A DNA stretch of 64,000 bases from Thalia democratica. Its lineage: Eukaryota. Position 1 is the stretch's first letter; each line of letters begins with the position of its first letter. The notes below the pieces were generated by a model, which did no database searches, was not told where the DNA came from, and was given only the letters and a program-made list of their open reading frames with translations. Below, in pieces: positions 40,001 to 55,000 of the stretch. The translations under genes and the position numbers were made by a program. The DNA lies in assembly GCA_965202585.1 (NCBI GenBank), contig OZ241829.1, positions 6,572,001 to 6,636,000 on the forward strand, in the 5' to 3' direction.

Positions 40001-43000
40001 CATTTAAAAACACAATTGAAATAGTCTGATATGTTTACCTTCATACACAGGGAATGTAGATTGTGCATTATTACCACTGCTGTGCACAGTGACAATCTTA
40101 ACTTGGAAATCGCTGGCGTTCAGTTTCTTGTCAAAATTGTTAGATAGACCGTCGAAGTTAAAGTTGTAGGAAGGCGAACTGTAGAAGAAAATAAGTTTGA
40201 TTGGATAGTTGTAACTATGTTTGAAAAATAAACTAGTTAGAATCTTAAGTTAGTACATTGAACAACTCTAAGGCTAAAATTTTTAAAACAAAAGTTTTAG
40301 CAAGCATAAACACGTAATAAAAAGTTGTACTTTATCATATAAAAACTATTTAGGAAAACGGTTATAACACTATCCAACATAAAAAAACACACAAATATTT
40401 TTGTAGTGATGTTTTACAAAACTTAAACTATAGCTAATATAAAAGCGACACTTTTACAAAATTAAAAAAAAAGCTTTTCTTAATAAATCTTATAAACATT
40501 TCAAAAAGCAATTTAAAGCCTAAAAACAAAACTAAACTTGAATAGTAATTACGTCAATAACTAATATCAGAGTTAAATAATAATAAAACAGACTCTGCAG
40601 TGATGGTTTGCGTCTTCATGATGGAATCGCTTGATTTTGACGTCAACATCACCTCGTAGTAAGACTTGATTCCTGGAGCGTCTTCGAATCTAACGCTGAT
40701 GTGGTCGCCTTTCACGATGGCCACTGCCTTCTCCACTGGTGCTGTCACTGTTTGAAGACAGAACCAGTTTAACAAATACTCGATTAAAACAAAAGATAGT
40801 TTTTAATGTATGCAGAAAGTTAAGTTATTGAGTTAGTTTAAACTTAATTTTTTCTATTTTTTTAAACTTTACTGCTTAACAGCGGATGTTAGTAAAATAC
40901 TTGGGGCTTTTGAGAACTGTAATTATATCAATTGTTATGTGATAACATTTAATTTATTTTTATTTTGGTTCACATACACAGCTTTGTAAGAATATATGTT
41001 TTAATACCTTACAAGTCATTAAAAACAACTTTTGACACACCAATACAAACTTTTTTATAATATGTACTAAAATTAAAGTTATGTGATAAAAAAATATATG
41101 AAATATGTGAAAAACAAATATTTGTTTTGAACAAACGTGTTGATTGGAACAGTTCAGCTGCAGTGAACACGTCATCGGCGTCATCTCCGGTCAACAAATC
41201 AATTTTAATTTTGTACGTGTTCCCGGGGTACAGTCCTTTTATTCTTTGAGTGCTGAAACGTATGTTAGCATGTTTAAAAAGTGTTTGATTTTGTATATGG
41301 GATGTGTTTTGTTCTTAAAAGTTTTTAAAATAATGATACAAGTAGTTTTAACTGATTGTTTAAAATAAAAAACATACACATTACTGTACTGTAAGTTATA
41401 AATGCACATTTTGACAATTACTATCGAGTTGAACTTTCGATTAAAAAGTTTACTTATAAGTAGCTGAGTTTAATTAAACGAACAATCAAAATCACTGTTT
41501 ACTGTATATGACAAATGTTATATTATCAATCAAAAAAAATATATAAAATATATATCTCCATCAAACTCACACAGCATCCTGATAATCGCTTCCTCTCACC
41601 ACGACCTCCTTGAAGTTGGAAGATTTCACGTTGAAAGTCCTGATCCTGTAGTCCACGTCCGTACCCGGTACCTGTTTCCATGACAACAGGAACCCGTAAG
41701 TGGATACGTCGCTCACCGTCACTGTGACGTTGTCTGTTTGGAGTAATGTTTAAATTTAATCTTACCAAAATACAAAAAAATGTTTCTTGAAATATAAACA
41801 TGCAGGTTTTACTGAATTTTTTACGCTAAGAAAAACGTCAGTATTACAAACATAAAGTTTAGTTTTGTAGTAATGTAACAAGCTGTTCGAAAAACTTTCA
41901 CTCAAACTTATTCTTTTACTATAATTACTTATAAATAATTTTTTTCAACGAACCGGTTCTGACGTCACGAGTTATTTTCCTTCCGACCCTTCCGCCTTCG
42001 AACAGCGCGTTCAGTTGCACCACATACGTCATGCCCGGAAGGGCGCCATCTAGCGAAACTTCTGTCACTGCTCCGTTGGGTTGCGGGGCCACGGTTGTCG
42101 TGGTAACCAGCGACACCGGGAAGGCTTTGCTGTTATTGGAGATATACGAAATGTTTTATTTTACGTTAAAAAGCGTTTTGTAAAAAACATAAAACTTGTT
42201 TACTTTTTGGAGTTTTATAAACTTTTTATTGTAAACTCTTTTGAGAAATCAGTCTATAAAATAGTGTTCTTTTTTTAAAAGTTTAAAAAGAAGAATTTGT
42301 ATTATTAACAAAAAAGAAGTTTTTATTTGCCTTGTATATAGGACTTTGAAATTTTATATACACTAAAATGAAATAAACTATACGTCATTGTAAGCTAAAA
42401 CGAAAGCGTTTTTGTTGAAACAGCTTGAAAAAACTTACTGTACAAACAGTTGAACATTGTACTCTACCGCTCCCTTTATGTTGATGTACGAAACATCAAT
42501 TTTGTTTGTTTCCTTGTTCAGCTTGGCGTTCATTATCGTGTTTCCGTCTGTGAAAATAAGAAATTATTTTTTTTATTAAAAAAAATTTAATCACTAAAAT
42601 TGTTTATTTAAAACTAGAATTCTTGAAAAAATTAATCTAATACTGTTGGTACCTCAAATTAAAATCTTGAAAATTTTGACACATATATACTCATGTGTAT
42701 AATAAAACATGATTCCAAAACATTCCAGACATCAGTAAACAAAAAAACAAACAAAAAATGTACTATTAAAAAATGAATATAATTTAAAACCTGATTTTAC
42801 GGGAAACTCTTCACTCTTTGTTACCAAATCACCGGCGATCGTATCAAACTGAATGAAATACTCATGGAAAGGAGAATAGTCATCGAGATCTATTCCCCAG
42901 CCCTTGAACTTCCACCTGATAATAAAATATACAATGATTTTTTTGATTTTTAGTAGCATGAAAAAAAAAACTAATAAAATATTTTTTTGTAGTTGAAACC

Positions 43001-46000
43001 GAAGTAAACTCATATTAGTTATGCTTAAGCCGCTTGTCAAACAACACAGTCTGAAAGATTTTTGAAAAAAAGAAAAATGAAAGAATTTAGTGCTCACATA
43101 ACTGCTTTCGATGTGATTCCTTTTCACTAATAATACTTACATACTCTTTTTTAATACCAGAACATGCAACTAACGAGTCCCAGGGCCAGTCTTCGAATAC
43201 CATCCGCTCCTCCACCGTGCTGATGACGTCACCGTCCTCGTTCTTCAAGCTCACTGTGACGTTGAAAGCGTCCACCTTGCCGCGAGCGTCCGGATCGGAG
43301 TAGATGTTGATCTCTCCCCGGTGGTTCATCACGGCGTCAACTGACTTAATCGCGTCGGGGTCTGTGACGTCATTGACGATTAAAACGAACAAAGTTGTTT
43401 AGTATTGTTATAAATACTTTTATGTTTTTATTAGTAAATATGTTAGACTTTACAAAATTTAGTTTTTAATTTTTCGCGCATTAATAAATTAAAGGAAAAA
43501 ATAAATCTGTATTTTTTTGTTTTAACGAAATATTTTTTATACAATACAACTAACAAGTTCTTATTTTAAATTTGGTTCCGTGTTCCAAAAGACTGTTCCA
43601 CGTGTTGTCTCCTCGAAACTCGTTGATCTTGATATAGTACTCGTGTCCCGGTCTCAGTCCTGTCAGCACCACGCCGGTCCTGCGAGAAAAAAGTGTACAC
43701 TTTGGAGGAGCATTAAAAGGTAAAAATATGACGTCATAATCAAGTATCTTTTTATCTAAACTATGCTAGAGTTGGGCATTCCAACATTCAAAATAAAAAT
43801 CATTTATACATTCACTTGATAATTAGCAAAGTTAGCATTGGAAATCATATACTGTTGAAAAGAGTATTAGTTAGGTTAATATTCTTTTAACCTAAAATAC
43901 TTTAAGTAGTAATTATTTAAAGAGCGTGTTTTTTATAGACATTGCTTAGACATAACTACACAATAAAAATGTTTATTAGTTAACAAAACTTTAAAAAAGC
44001 TATTTTCTTGCACACTTAGGAAAAACTCTTAACAGTTTTTTATGATTAAAAAACCTTTATTTTTTAAACTCACTGATCAGCATCAACTTCAACTTCCTCT
44101 CTTTCATCTTGATCAGTATACGTCACCATGTGGTTCCTGCTGGCGTTTATCGGTTGCCATGACAACTTAATAGTTCTGCTGGTGACGTCATCGACTGAAG
44201 CTTTCAGTTTTTCTATTCAAGTTAAGTTTAGTCAACAAAAGTTTTCTACTTTAATTATTTTTTTTTTGTGTTGTGTTTATACCACAAAAGGTCTTGAGGA
44301 ACGTTTTAAGTTGATAACTGTCGTTTGTATTGGTCAAAACTATTCTAATTTTTTACATCTATTTGAATTACTTATATCATCATACTTCTATTGTACTAAC
44401 ATATAAGAAAAAAATATTTGCAGAAAACTACTGATATACATTTTTCAAAGTAAAATTATTTAAAGTTTCAACAGTCTTTTAAACTTTCTCACAGACTATA
44501 CACCAAAGTATATAGAAGATAAACGAAAATGATAACACAAATAGATGTTTATTAAAAAATCTTAATTTTTAAAATAAAATAAACAGAAAAATTATACTTT
44601 AAAGTTTCAAATTATACACAGTAATCCAACTAAGGAAAACGGTAATATTAGCAAAAATTTTAAAGTTTTTAGTGTAAAAATAAAAGAGTAGATATATAGA
44701 ATATACAAAATAATAAAAATATTAAATAAAATAATAAATCTATACAATAAACAAACCGAGGAAAACTGTAGTGTTAGCAGAAACTTTGAAGTTCTCCGTG
44801 TAGAAAGCGTCAACCTTCAGCTTGTACGTGTCACCAAGGTACATTCCCCTCTCAATATACTCCATCGGGTCGCCAGGGTACTTGGTGGCAGACCACATCC
44901 CGTACTCGTGGTCGCCCTCCACGACGTATGACGTCACTCCGGGAATTTCCCGCCACGTGACAATGAGATCGTAGATTTCGGTGACGTCAGTAGACAATTC
45001 AACTTCGCCCACTATAAAGAAAAACACTTTTCATAACATGTTATTAAGCATTGTTGCTACATTAGTTTATACTAGGATTGGTAAAATGCTTTTTAAACTA
45101 AGTACTTACTATGTGTAATGCTTTCTAAAGAGTTATCAGTTTTTAGAATACGTTAAAACGCTATGAAGCTTTTGTTAATTTTAAACTAAGTAAAATCAAT
45201 TGAGCAGCTTAGAAATAGAGAAGCCAAAGTAAGTGGAGATAAAATGCAGTTGTTGATAATTTCTACATAAATGTTATGATGGTAATTATTTATTTATGTA
45301 AATACTAACGTGGGTACACAGGGAAAACTTTAGAAGTTTCAATCAAGTTTCCGGCAACGGTCAGAACCGAAATTGTGAGGTTTTTATTTTCCAGGTCTTC
45401 AATGCCACTCAGCGGATATTTCAGTTCGTAGTCGTTTTCAGGTCTGTTCAACGAAACAAGTTAACAACTAATGAATTAATTTGATGTGCAGCAAAAATTT
45501 AGACGAATCTCGAGGTTGGTAAATTAAAAAAAGGTCTCGGCTAAATTTCAAAACTTAACAAAAAAGCAGAACAAATTGTATCAGTCAAGGCTCAAAATAT
45601 TTTATTTACTTTATATTGAAAAAAATAAAGCAATATCTAAATAAAAACTTTTTGCACAATAACTTGCACATTTAGTCACTGACAACAAACCAAACATATT
45701 CTTGATTGATTTTCACATGTAAAATAGTTTATTAAACAAAAACAAAAAAAAAAACTTGCTCAAAATTTTTTGGTTCAATGACCTGGATAGCAAAAAGTCA
45801 TCGAGTTGCATAACTTAATCAAAATTATAATGAGCTAAAAATTAAAAAGAATAATAATGTAATATAAATGTATGTAATATGTATGTAAATGTATGAAATG
45901 AATGTAATACACATACAAGTTATAGAAATAAAAAAATCAAAAAAATAAAAACCTGATAGATTCAGGGTTGACGGTGAACCTCCTCACTTCCTGACCGTCC

Positions 46001-49000
46001 ACCATCAAACTGATGACGTAGAAGTCCTTCCTACCCGTCTTTTTGACGTCATCAGTGTCGATGAACAGCCTGACTGATAATTGTGACGTCACAGGGTTCA
46101 GGAGAGCGAGCGCGTTTTCCACAACAACCGGCACTGTGTGGGGAAAATATTGATTATTTTTTTTTTAAATCTAAACTGTTGTTTTGAAATTGCTATGTTT
46201 GTATCTGTTTGTAGTTAAATTTTGTAAAAATTTTTAATTGTTATCTACTTTATTGATATTTTTATTTTCAATTATGATGTTTTGATCTTATTATTGTGAT
46301 AATTTTTTTTGAGTTTTTATAATAAGTAATGATCTAGCGATAAGGTAAAATTTTGACTTAAAATAAGTTTTTTATAAAGTCAGTTTGATTTGAAAAACAG
46401 ACAACAAGGTAATTTGATAACATATGTTTACTTCGCTAACACATAATTAAAATGAAATATGACTAACGTGTTTGAGTGTTTATTTCGAAAGGTTTCAATT
46501 TTTCACCACTTAATTCGTTGATGGGTTGTACCACTATTTGATACTGTTCACCGGGTGTTAGTGACTTGATAGACAAGAAGACTCTGCAAATGTAACGGGA
46601 TAAATTATTATAATATTTACAAATATAATAAAGTTGGCAATTAAAACAGTTCACAAAAGAATTGGTAAAATTAATGCTAGTATAAATACTTACTAAAAAT
46701 AGATAATCTAACGTATTTATAGGACAATACATTTATGACGAATTTAAAGCATGTTTGACCTTTATATCGAGGGTGTTGTTTATTTTACTTTTCAAAAGTC
46801 ATATACATTATCAGTATATTTTCTCAACAAACCTCTCAGTAGTGGGGAGGATCTTCTTGTCTTGCAACACGTCACCGTTCTGGTTGATGACGGTTACCAT
46901 GTAGTGATGATTCTTACTCACTGGTTCATACGTCATCTGTATCGACGTCGTGTCCACCTCAACCACCGTTACTAAGAAGTTTTCTGAAAAAAAAAGATTA
47001 ACAGAATACAATTTTAATTGAGCGTTTTAATGATATCAATGTGATAACAATTTTTTTCTTAAAGTATTGTAGTAAGTAAAATAACTACTAGAAAAATATT
47101 TTCTGTAAGTTTTAACAGTCTCTATCACCCACACTTTTTACTTATTTTTACAGTTTGAGAATTTAACAAAACGCTATACTTAAAAATAAAGGTTCACATC
47201 AAAAAGAAAAACAAAAGAATTACTGAGTAAACATAAAAAAACACTAAAATACCTGTAGTGACGTTGACGGTCTCTTTTATTCTCATCAATCCGTCGTATT
47301 GTGACGTCATAGTAATGACGTAATCGGTTCCGACCTGCAAATTGTCGAATATGACGTCACTATTGTTTTGTGGGAATCTGTTGGCAGAATTCAACGGTGT
47401 TTCCAAGTCGTCACTGTGGAAATGTATTAGTCTATTTATATTTGACAAATAAAAAAAATAGTTATTTACGTTTTCTGTGTTTGACTTTTTTTTGTTAGTT
47501 GTTGAAGTGAGTCACAGTGTAAAAAAAACATATATTTTTTTCTAAGTGATAAAGTTATTTTTAGCTTTATTATAATGTTTACTGTCTCACATGGTCTACG
47601 TAAAACTATCATCTCTCAATATAAAAAATAGTTTCACCAATTAACCTCTTGTATATGTCAAAGTTGTACAGTTCGTACAATACTTCTTGGTTGTTGAATC
47701 TAACTCGCACTTGGGTTTGGTTTTCTACGGTTGCAGTCAGGTTAACTATTTCCTCCACTGTGACAATAATATTTGTAAGTTTTTGCGTTACAGATGAAAG
47801 TCTAAACTTAATTTCGTGTTTCACATTTATATATAGTTTTTTTTTGAACACAAAAAAGCTTTACATAAGCCTAAAAAATTAATTTTAATAATTAAGTTCT
47901 CTAGTTTTTATATCGATTGCGCACTTTAATTCATATAATTTATTAACTTTTGTAAATCTAAAGCAGTTTAAAGAGTTATAAACTAAAACTGCTTAAATTA
48001 TTTAACATCATAATAAACAAATCAGTAAACAAATGAACAAACGTGTTTTAACAGGGAATAATGGGCTTGGTTCCGAATAAACTCTGTCATCCGCCCTCGT
48101 TCTTATCACAACCGTCTCAGGAACAAAAGTTTCATTTCCGACAACATCGTAATGGTAAAAAGAACTGAAAAAATATATAGAAAATTTAAATGTAATTTTT
48201 TTTTTCGTTAATCAACAGTTAGATTTAACTAAAAGTCAGACAAACAAGATTAAATGATTGAAACTTTTGTAAAACATAAAAAGTCTTGTTTTATCAATAA
48301 CACATAATAAAAGCTTAGTTGCTATTGCAAAAACAATAAATTGAGTTCTTTTGTGAAAAACAGACATATATTAACTGTAAAAAAAACCTGAAACAAATTA
48401 AATATAAAATTTAAAAAATAAAAAAAAAACTCATTTTTCACTCACGCGGCGGTGCTTCCCCTGTCGAGGACTCCCTCAACCTCATTGGCGGAGGTAACTT
48501 CGAAACTCGAGTATCCGCTGGAGGGCGCTACGTACAAAACGAGCATTGTGACGTCACTGTTGTCGCTGATGAGGTTCTCCTGCTTGTTGAGGAGCATCGC
48601 CACTCCCTGCTGCACCGCGGTTGGTACTAACACAATAAAATAAATAAATATAATAATTAGAATAAAATAAATAAATATAATAGAATAAAATAAATGTTAG
48701 TTGGTTGTTCGTTGTGCACATAAAAGTTTCAAATAAAAGTTTTGTTAATATTATTTTACAATGAAAAAAACTAACAGCTTTTTTTTTTTTTTTTTGGAAG
48801 AAGATATTTGGTTAACAGTGTAACACTATGTAAGAAAACATAAATCATAAAGCTGTTCGGTGATAAATTTGCTTTATTTAACTTAATAAATTTCCAGTCG
48901 AAAAAAGAGCGTTGTATTTTGTTGCTAAAAATAAGTAAATTTAAATTATATCTTTAAAAATCATTATATTTTTTTGTACTCACAAGTCTTAAGAGTTATG

Positions 49001-52000
49001 CTGCTAGTTGCGAGATTCTTGATTCCATCAGAAGGAGTTACTTCTATCAGATATTCAACGTTCGGATCCAGGTTTTTGAATGTTACTTGGGCTCTGTTTG
49101 AAATGTACATTCGTTAAACAACAGTTATAATGTTAAGAAATCGACTAAACTATAACACACAAGTACAAAGGTAATAAAAGTAAATTTCAAACTTTTTGCG
49201 TTATATAAAGATGCAAGAAAGTATAGAATGTTATACTTCTGTATATGTTAAAAATGGAGATATAACAAAAAAAAATTATAGTGAGTCAAAAACAGCAGAA
49301 AGGACATAAAAAATTTCCGGTGTGAGTAAAATTTGCAATAAATCTTTTCCTAAAAAAACTCAACAAAACAAACTTGTCAGCATCGACAGCGTCCGTCCAT
49401 GTGGTTGATTCTGGCGTGAGTAAAGTTTCCGTTTTAAATTGCCACCCCGTGATTGACACGCCCCCTTCCTGGAATACTTGTGCCAGGTAGATATGGTCCC
49501 GGTCCAGCACGTCCCAGCCAACCGTGATTGAAGTGTCCGTCGTTTCCAGCTCCCTCAGTTTCAGCTTTTCTATAAAAAAGTGTATTGTTGTAAAAGAATT
49601 CCAATTTTAAAAGGACTTGACAGAAACATTAAGCGCGTAAAATTTTTAAAAGTTGAGTATAAAAAATTTCCTACCGAGATAGATGCTTTCAGTGTTTTCA
49701 TAGCTGACGGTCTTCCTGTAAACAGCCATGATTGTGACGTCATAATCCCGATCAAGATCGAGATTAGTGAACTGGAACGAGTTCTTTTCTCCCACCAGTT
49801 TCTGTTTCACCACCGCTGAATCTCCAGGTGCGGAATCTCTGTGGAGGTAAAAAGTTTGTGTAAGGAAAATATAAATAAAAGATTATGGGTATAGATTTTA
49901 AAGCTGTGATAAGTAATACAAGTTATGGATTTATATTTTTAAAGTTAACTATACACATTTAAACAAACAAAAGTTTATAATACAGTTTATTATTAATTAG
50001 ACAAAAAAAAAACTAAGATGAAAAACTGCAATAAAAACAGTATTTATTAAAAATTAGTTTTATTAGTTAACCCAGTTGAACTCTTATTTAGTTGTACATT
50101 AGGTGGACTAATAAATTTAAATAAAATTACCCCTTAGAAATTGTGAGGTCGTATTGAATTGCGTTCTTCACGTCTGTCCATTCGACATTTACTGAAGTTC
50201 CAACTTGTGACAACTCAATATCAACTTGTGGTGCTGTAATGTTTTACGTAAAAATAAAAATAAATATGAAAAGTTGTTAACTGTTTAGAACAGTTAAGAT
50301 AATTTTTTTTTCTTAATTACACTGATAAGTTTAAAAAACCCATCGTATAGTTAATTTCTGTGTTGTTTACAAATCTAAAAGAAAAAATTCTTAGTTATAA
50401 GAAAACTTCTAAGACATATTTTATTAAACACTTACTTCTGGAAACTTTAAATTCTTTGGAATCCGTCCTGATTCCGTTAGAGACGCTGGTAACCACAATC
50501 TTGTACTGCTTCTGGTAAGGCTCGGTGAAGTAGAACGTGGTACCCTGGTTTTCGCGCCTGTCAATATTTTGTAAGTGTAAAAAGTAATACTAAAATAGTT
50601 TTAACTGTTTAACATATATAGCGATGTACTGGACCAAGCTTTATTTTATAAGACCCAGGTCCGGCCAATTTGATATTAAAAAATCTTGATTCTTTTTATA
50701 ATATGTAGGTCGGGTAGATAAGAAGTTGTAAATCAATATTTGAAAACCAAAAATATACTTGTTAAAGTTTACAGAGATCGAAAAGATATTTACGTAAACC
50801 AACCCTGCTTCGACCCTGTTGACCTGTTGAACTCCGTCAATATAATAGTTGATTGTGACGTCATAGTAGCTGACTTTTCCCTCCGCGGGAGGTTGGAACC
50901 TCACTCTCAAATTGTTGTCTTGCGTGATTCTCACATTTGCTCTCTCGATTGCGTGAGGTACTAAAAATAGATGATAATATAAGTTGAACTGATGAATATG
51001 AATTAGGAGACATTACTTGTTTTGATCAACTTACCCCAGCTTGCACGTATTTTGTTTTGCTTTTCATATTATTTTAAAGTATAAACCACGTTTATACTAA
51101 GTATTTAATTTGGTTGTAAACACAAAGGTACAACAGCTTTATTAAATAAAAAACAACTCACCAGTGGAGAACCTGAAATCTTTTTCGGGACCCTCCTCAC
51201 CCCTGATGTAACCATTGACAACCATCAAATAATTTTCGCCCGGGGAAAGTTTATCGAACGAAGTTGCAACTTCTGCAGTCTCGTTTGTCACTTGTACTCG
51301 TTGCTGAATTATTATGATTGTTTCAATTTTATAATTTAAGATTTTATATAAAATATAGTAGACACTTTTACTCACTATAAGATAACTAAACTGGTTTAAA
51401 AGTAAAATTTGACGTATGTTTTGTTATGATATAAAAAAAGAAACTTTTTATTATTATTTACTACAAAGGTTTTAAAATCTCTGATTACATCTTTTTTTTT
51501 CAACCAACTAACCCTCCTGACAAGACCATTTCCTTCCACTAGTGCAAACTTGACCTCGTCAAAAGTGAAATTCTCATTAATAGGAACTTCTACGTCAACT
51601 GTGACGTCAGTGGCGTTTATTATGACGTCAACAACAGAAGGAGTGGGTTCTGTGAGAAGTATAAGTTAGCTCCTGCTTTTTGTTTTACACGAAAACCTTT
51701 GCTTTAAACTTGTGTACTTTGTGCTTGTCTGATGCTATCAGTTACTATTTTATTATATATTTCTTTCTTTTCAAAAGTTTGAAGTAGTCATTTTGATAAT
51801 ATTATCAATTTTAACTTGCAACGACTTGTAAAGAACGATATAACCAATAAAATAAAACAAAAAGAGGTTAGTGGTTAAATAATAAACGAACTCATAGTGA
51901 ATGGGAATTCGAAGCTCTTGGCGTTTCTCTGTTTAAAGCTGATTGCATCAAACTTGGCAATGTAATCTCCTCCAGGGATCAGCATGGGATCGTCGAAAGA

Positions 52001-55000
52001 CACTCTCAATACTTCGTCATCAGTTGTCGGTTTGAGGGTCTAAAGGAAAGTAGTTGAATAGATAATGCAAATAATTGTAATATTTTAGAAACAATAGTAT
52101 AAAACTTTGTTACTAAAAAAGAAGTCAAAAAAGTTTTATTGCTAAATTCATAAAAAGTTTCCAAAGCTTTTGGTAAAAATATACTTTTTGTCAAAATAAT
52201 GAAACTAGTTTATAAAACAATGGTATGGTTATATTTAGAAAGTTAAATTAAAAAAGTTAAAAGTTAAAATTAAAGTATACAAACTCACAAAAATATTAAC
52301 TTCAAAACACTACATCTACAAAACTCGATTCAACTTTTGTTTCAAGTTTCTATGACAGACTTAATATAACAATTTTAGTACTTCTAAATTTGTTTTTTTA
52401 TAGATATGTACATATACTGTTGAGTTACAAACAGTAAGGACAGAAAACGACAACTAACTATTACTCCAACCTTACAGACACATTTCTGCTTCCATGTAAT
52501 GTAGGCAAAGTAGTATAAAAAGTTATTAATACATGTACTTAAGTTTTTATAAATACTCAATTATTGTTTTAATTGTTAAGGTGTATACACAAACCTTTTT
52601 TGTATCTACTTTTTTTAAGAATCAGTTTTTAACTAACAAATAGGATATTTTTGGCTATAGTTTTTAAAACGTAGTTATACTATAAATTATATTCTTAATA
52701 AAAGCTTTAGTTATATATACTTCTTATAGTGTAACAAATTATTAAAATATGTACTTAGCTCATGTACTTAAGATATTTTTAAACATTTGAATATTGTTTA
52801 AAATATTGAAATGTGTACATAAACTTTTTTGTGTACCAACTTTGCTTAAGAACTAATTTTCAACTATAAAGTTGTATACTTTTTTCCTGAACTTTAAAAA
52901 CGTTTTTATACCAGAAATTATACTTTTGATAAAAGGTTTAGTTGTTTATACTTCTTATGATATAAAAAACAATTTTTTTTATTCAAATATACAGATTTGA
53001 TATATATATTTCAAAACCTTGGAATCGAAGGCGACATCCGAGTTGTTCATCTTCACCACTACCTTCAGCGTGTCAACCAGCCCCTCCGGTTTCCTGAACT
53101 CCATGGCAACCGAGGTCGCCGTGGTAACCACCTCGGACAGGTCCGTAACCGGGCGGGGCGCCACCACGCCCAGGTAGCTGATCTTGTCGCTGCTGACGTC
53201 ACCGATGTATGACGTCACGCTTGCCTGGTAACGCTCGCCGGGCACCAGTCCCCCCACCTTGATGGTCGTCATGGTTTCCATGGCGGTGATGTTGAACCTG
53301 AACGTCTTTGTTTCGAAGTCAGCTGAAAATAAATAAAGTTTTAAAATAATTAGTTCTTAACAATGTATTGTGATTTGATTTTTATTAAATAATTGTGAAA
53401 ATAATTTTTATTGTGAAAATTTATTTTTAAATATGTTGACATTTGGATTTAAGTTACTCTTTGACCTTTCAAAATGAGTTGATTTTTTTCATTTAATGAT
53501 AAATTACCCTGGTACTAAAAATTAAAATAATAACAAATGTTATTCAGGGTATGTTTTTTAATTATAAGAAACACACAGTTAGATTGCGGATTGAGTATCA
53601 TCTCGTACGCGACAACAAAAATTATCACTAGATATTATCAAGCAAGTTTTTATGACAATATACTGCCGATGAGTTGTTTACAATAAACGTGTCTGTGATG
53701 CCCGAAAATAAAGTTTTTTTATTATAATGTACGCAAACAACTCACAATTAGATTGCGGTTCCAAAATCATCTCGTATCCGTCAACATCTTCCTCGACCCT
53801 GCCTACGTCAGCTATCATTTCTCCTATGACGTCAGAAGCCGTCAGTTCCAAAAACTTTGGCTTCGGTGGCAACTCTGTGACGGAAATGAATATAAAACTT
53901 GCTTTTTTAATAAAAAAAAAGCTTTTTTTTTATTGAAGGTTTGTTTCGAATCAGTTTATGATTAGTTGAAGATATAAAAACAGCATTAACAGTTTAAGTA
54001 AAACTTACGTTTTAATGATTTTTTAAAACTCAAAAAGAACTTTACGAGTTTTATAACCACAAATTAAAGCTTAAAAGTATTTCTCATGACTAAACAACAT
54101 TATACACCAAATTTATCAGCCTGCAATATACTATAATTGAGATAGTAAAACTTGAGGAAAACATTAAAAACTAATATAAGTAAACAAACTGAGTCTCGCG
54201 TTGAAGGTGGCCGGTTCGCTGTTCCTTCCGTTGCTGGAAGTTTCTATTGTGACGTAATAGAGTTTTCCCGGTGACAACCCCTCGTCGAAATTCACTCGTA
54301 TTTTAGTGACGTCATCACCGGATGACGGAATGATGTCTTTTGATTGGATGGGGTCGTCGCGTGATTCGCTCCACACATAACATCTTAAACAAAATTACGT
54401 CATGAGGATTATTATTATAATTGCTTTTCAGTTTTATTTGATAGTAAACTTACAGAAAATGCTTATTACTGTAATTTAACACTAACCCACGCATAGCATC
54501 ATTGGTAAATGTACTTACCTAAAACACTGTATTACTTTTTTCAAGCATTAATTTTGTAGTTAAAGCTTGTTATGTACTAATAAATATGTTTGTTAAAGTT
54601 GGAATATTTTAATTAAGTTTATAACTGCTGGTCTAAAGTTTTTAAAAATATTTAAAAGGTGATTAAACAACACAATAAAAGTTTTAAAAACAAAAAGATC
54701 TATTAAAAATGTCTGATGACCATGAATTAAAAGTTACTTTAAAGTGAACTTAGTTTCCAACCAAAATGTATTTTAATAGAACAAACCGAAAATATTTTAG
54801 TTAAAATATTCATTCCATAGATTACATTGTAAGCGAATTAAATTTGTTTATTCAATGATACACTTACTTGTAAAATTCTACAACTCCTTCGTCTACGGGT
54901 GTGAATTCAACTTGTATTTCCCTCAATGTAGTTTTCAGTGTTGCTTTTTCAACTGCTGTTGGTTCTGTTTGAAAAAAAGAAGACAGTTTATACTTGTGCT

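Noticed and set aside
52445-52537. Cryptic exon-like segment with GTTAGT donor in the 1-kb intron
   Set aside because: The flanking exons already join in phase to complete an FN3 domain; the acceptor is weak and the phase incompatible.
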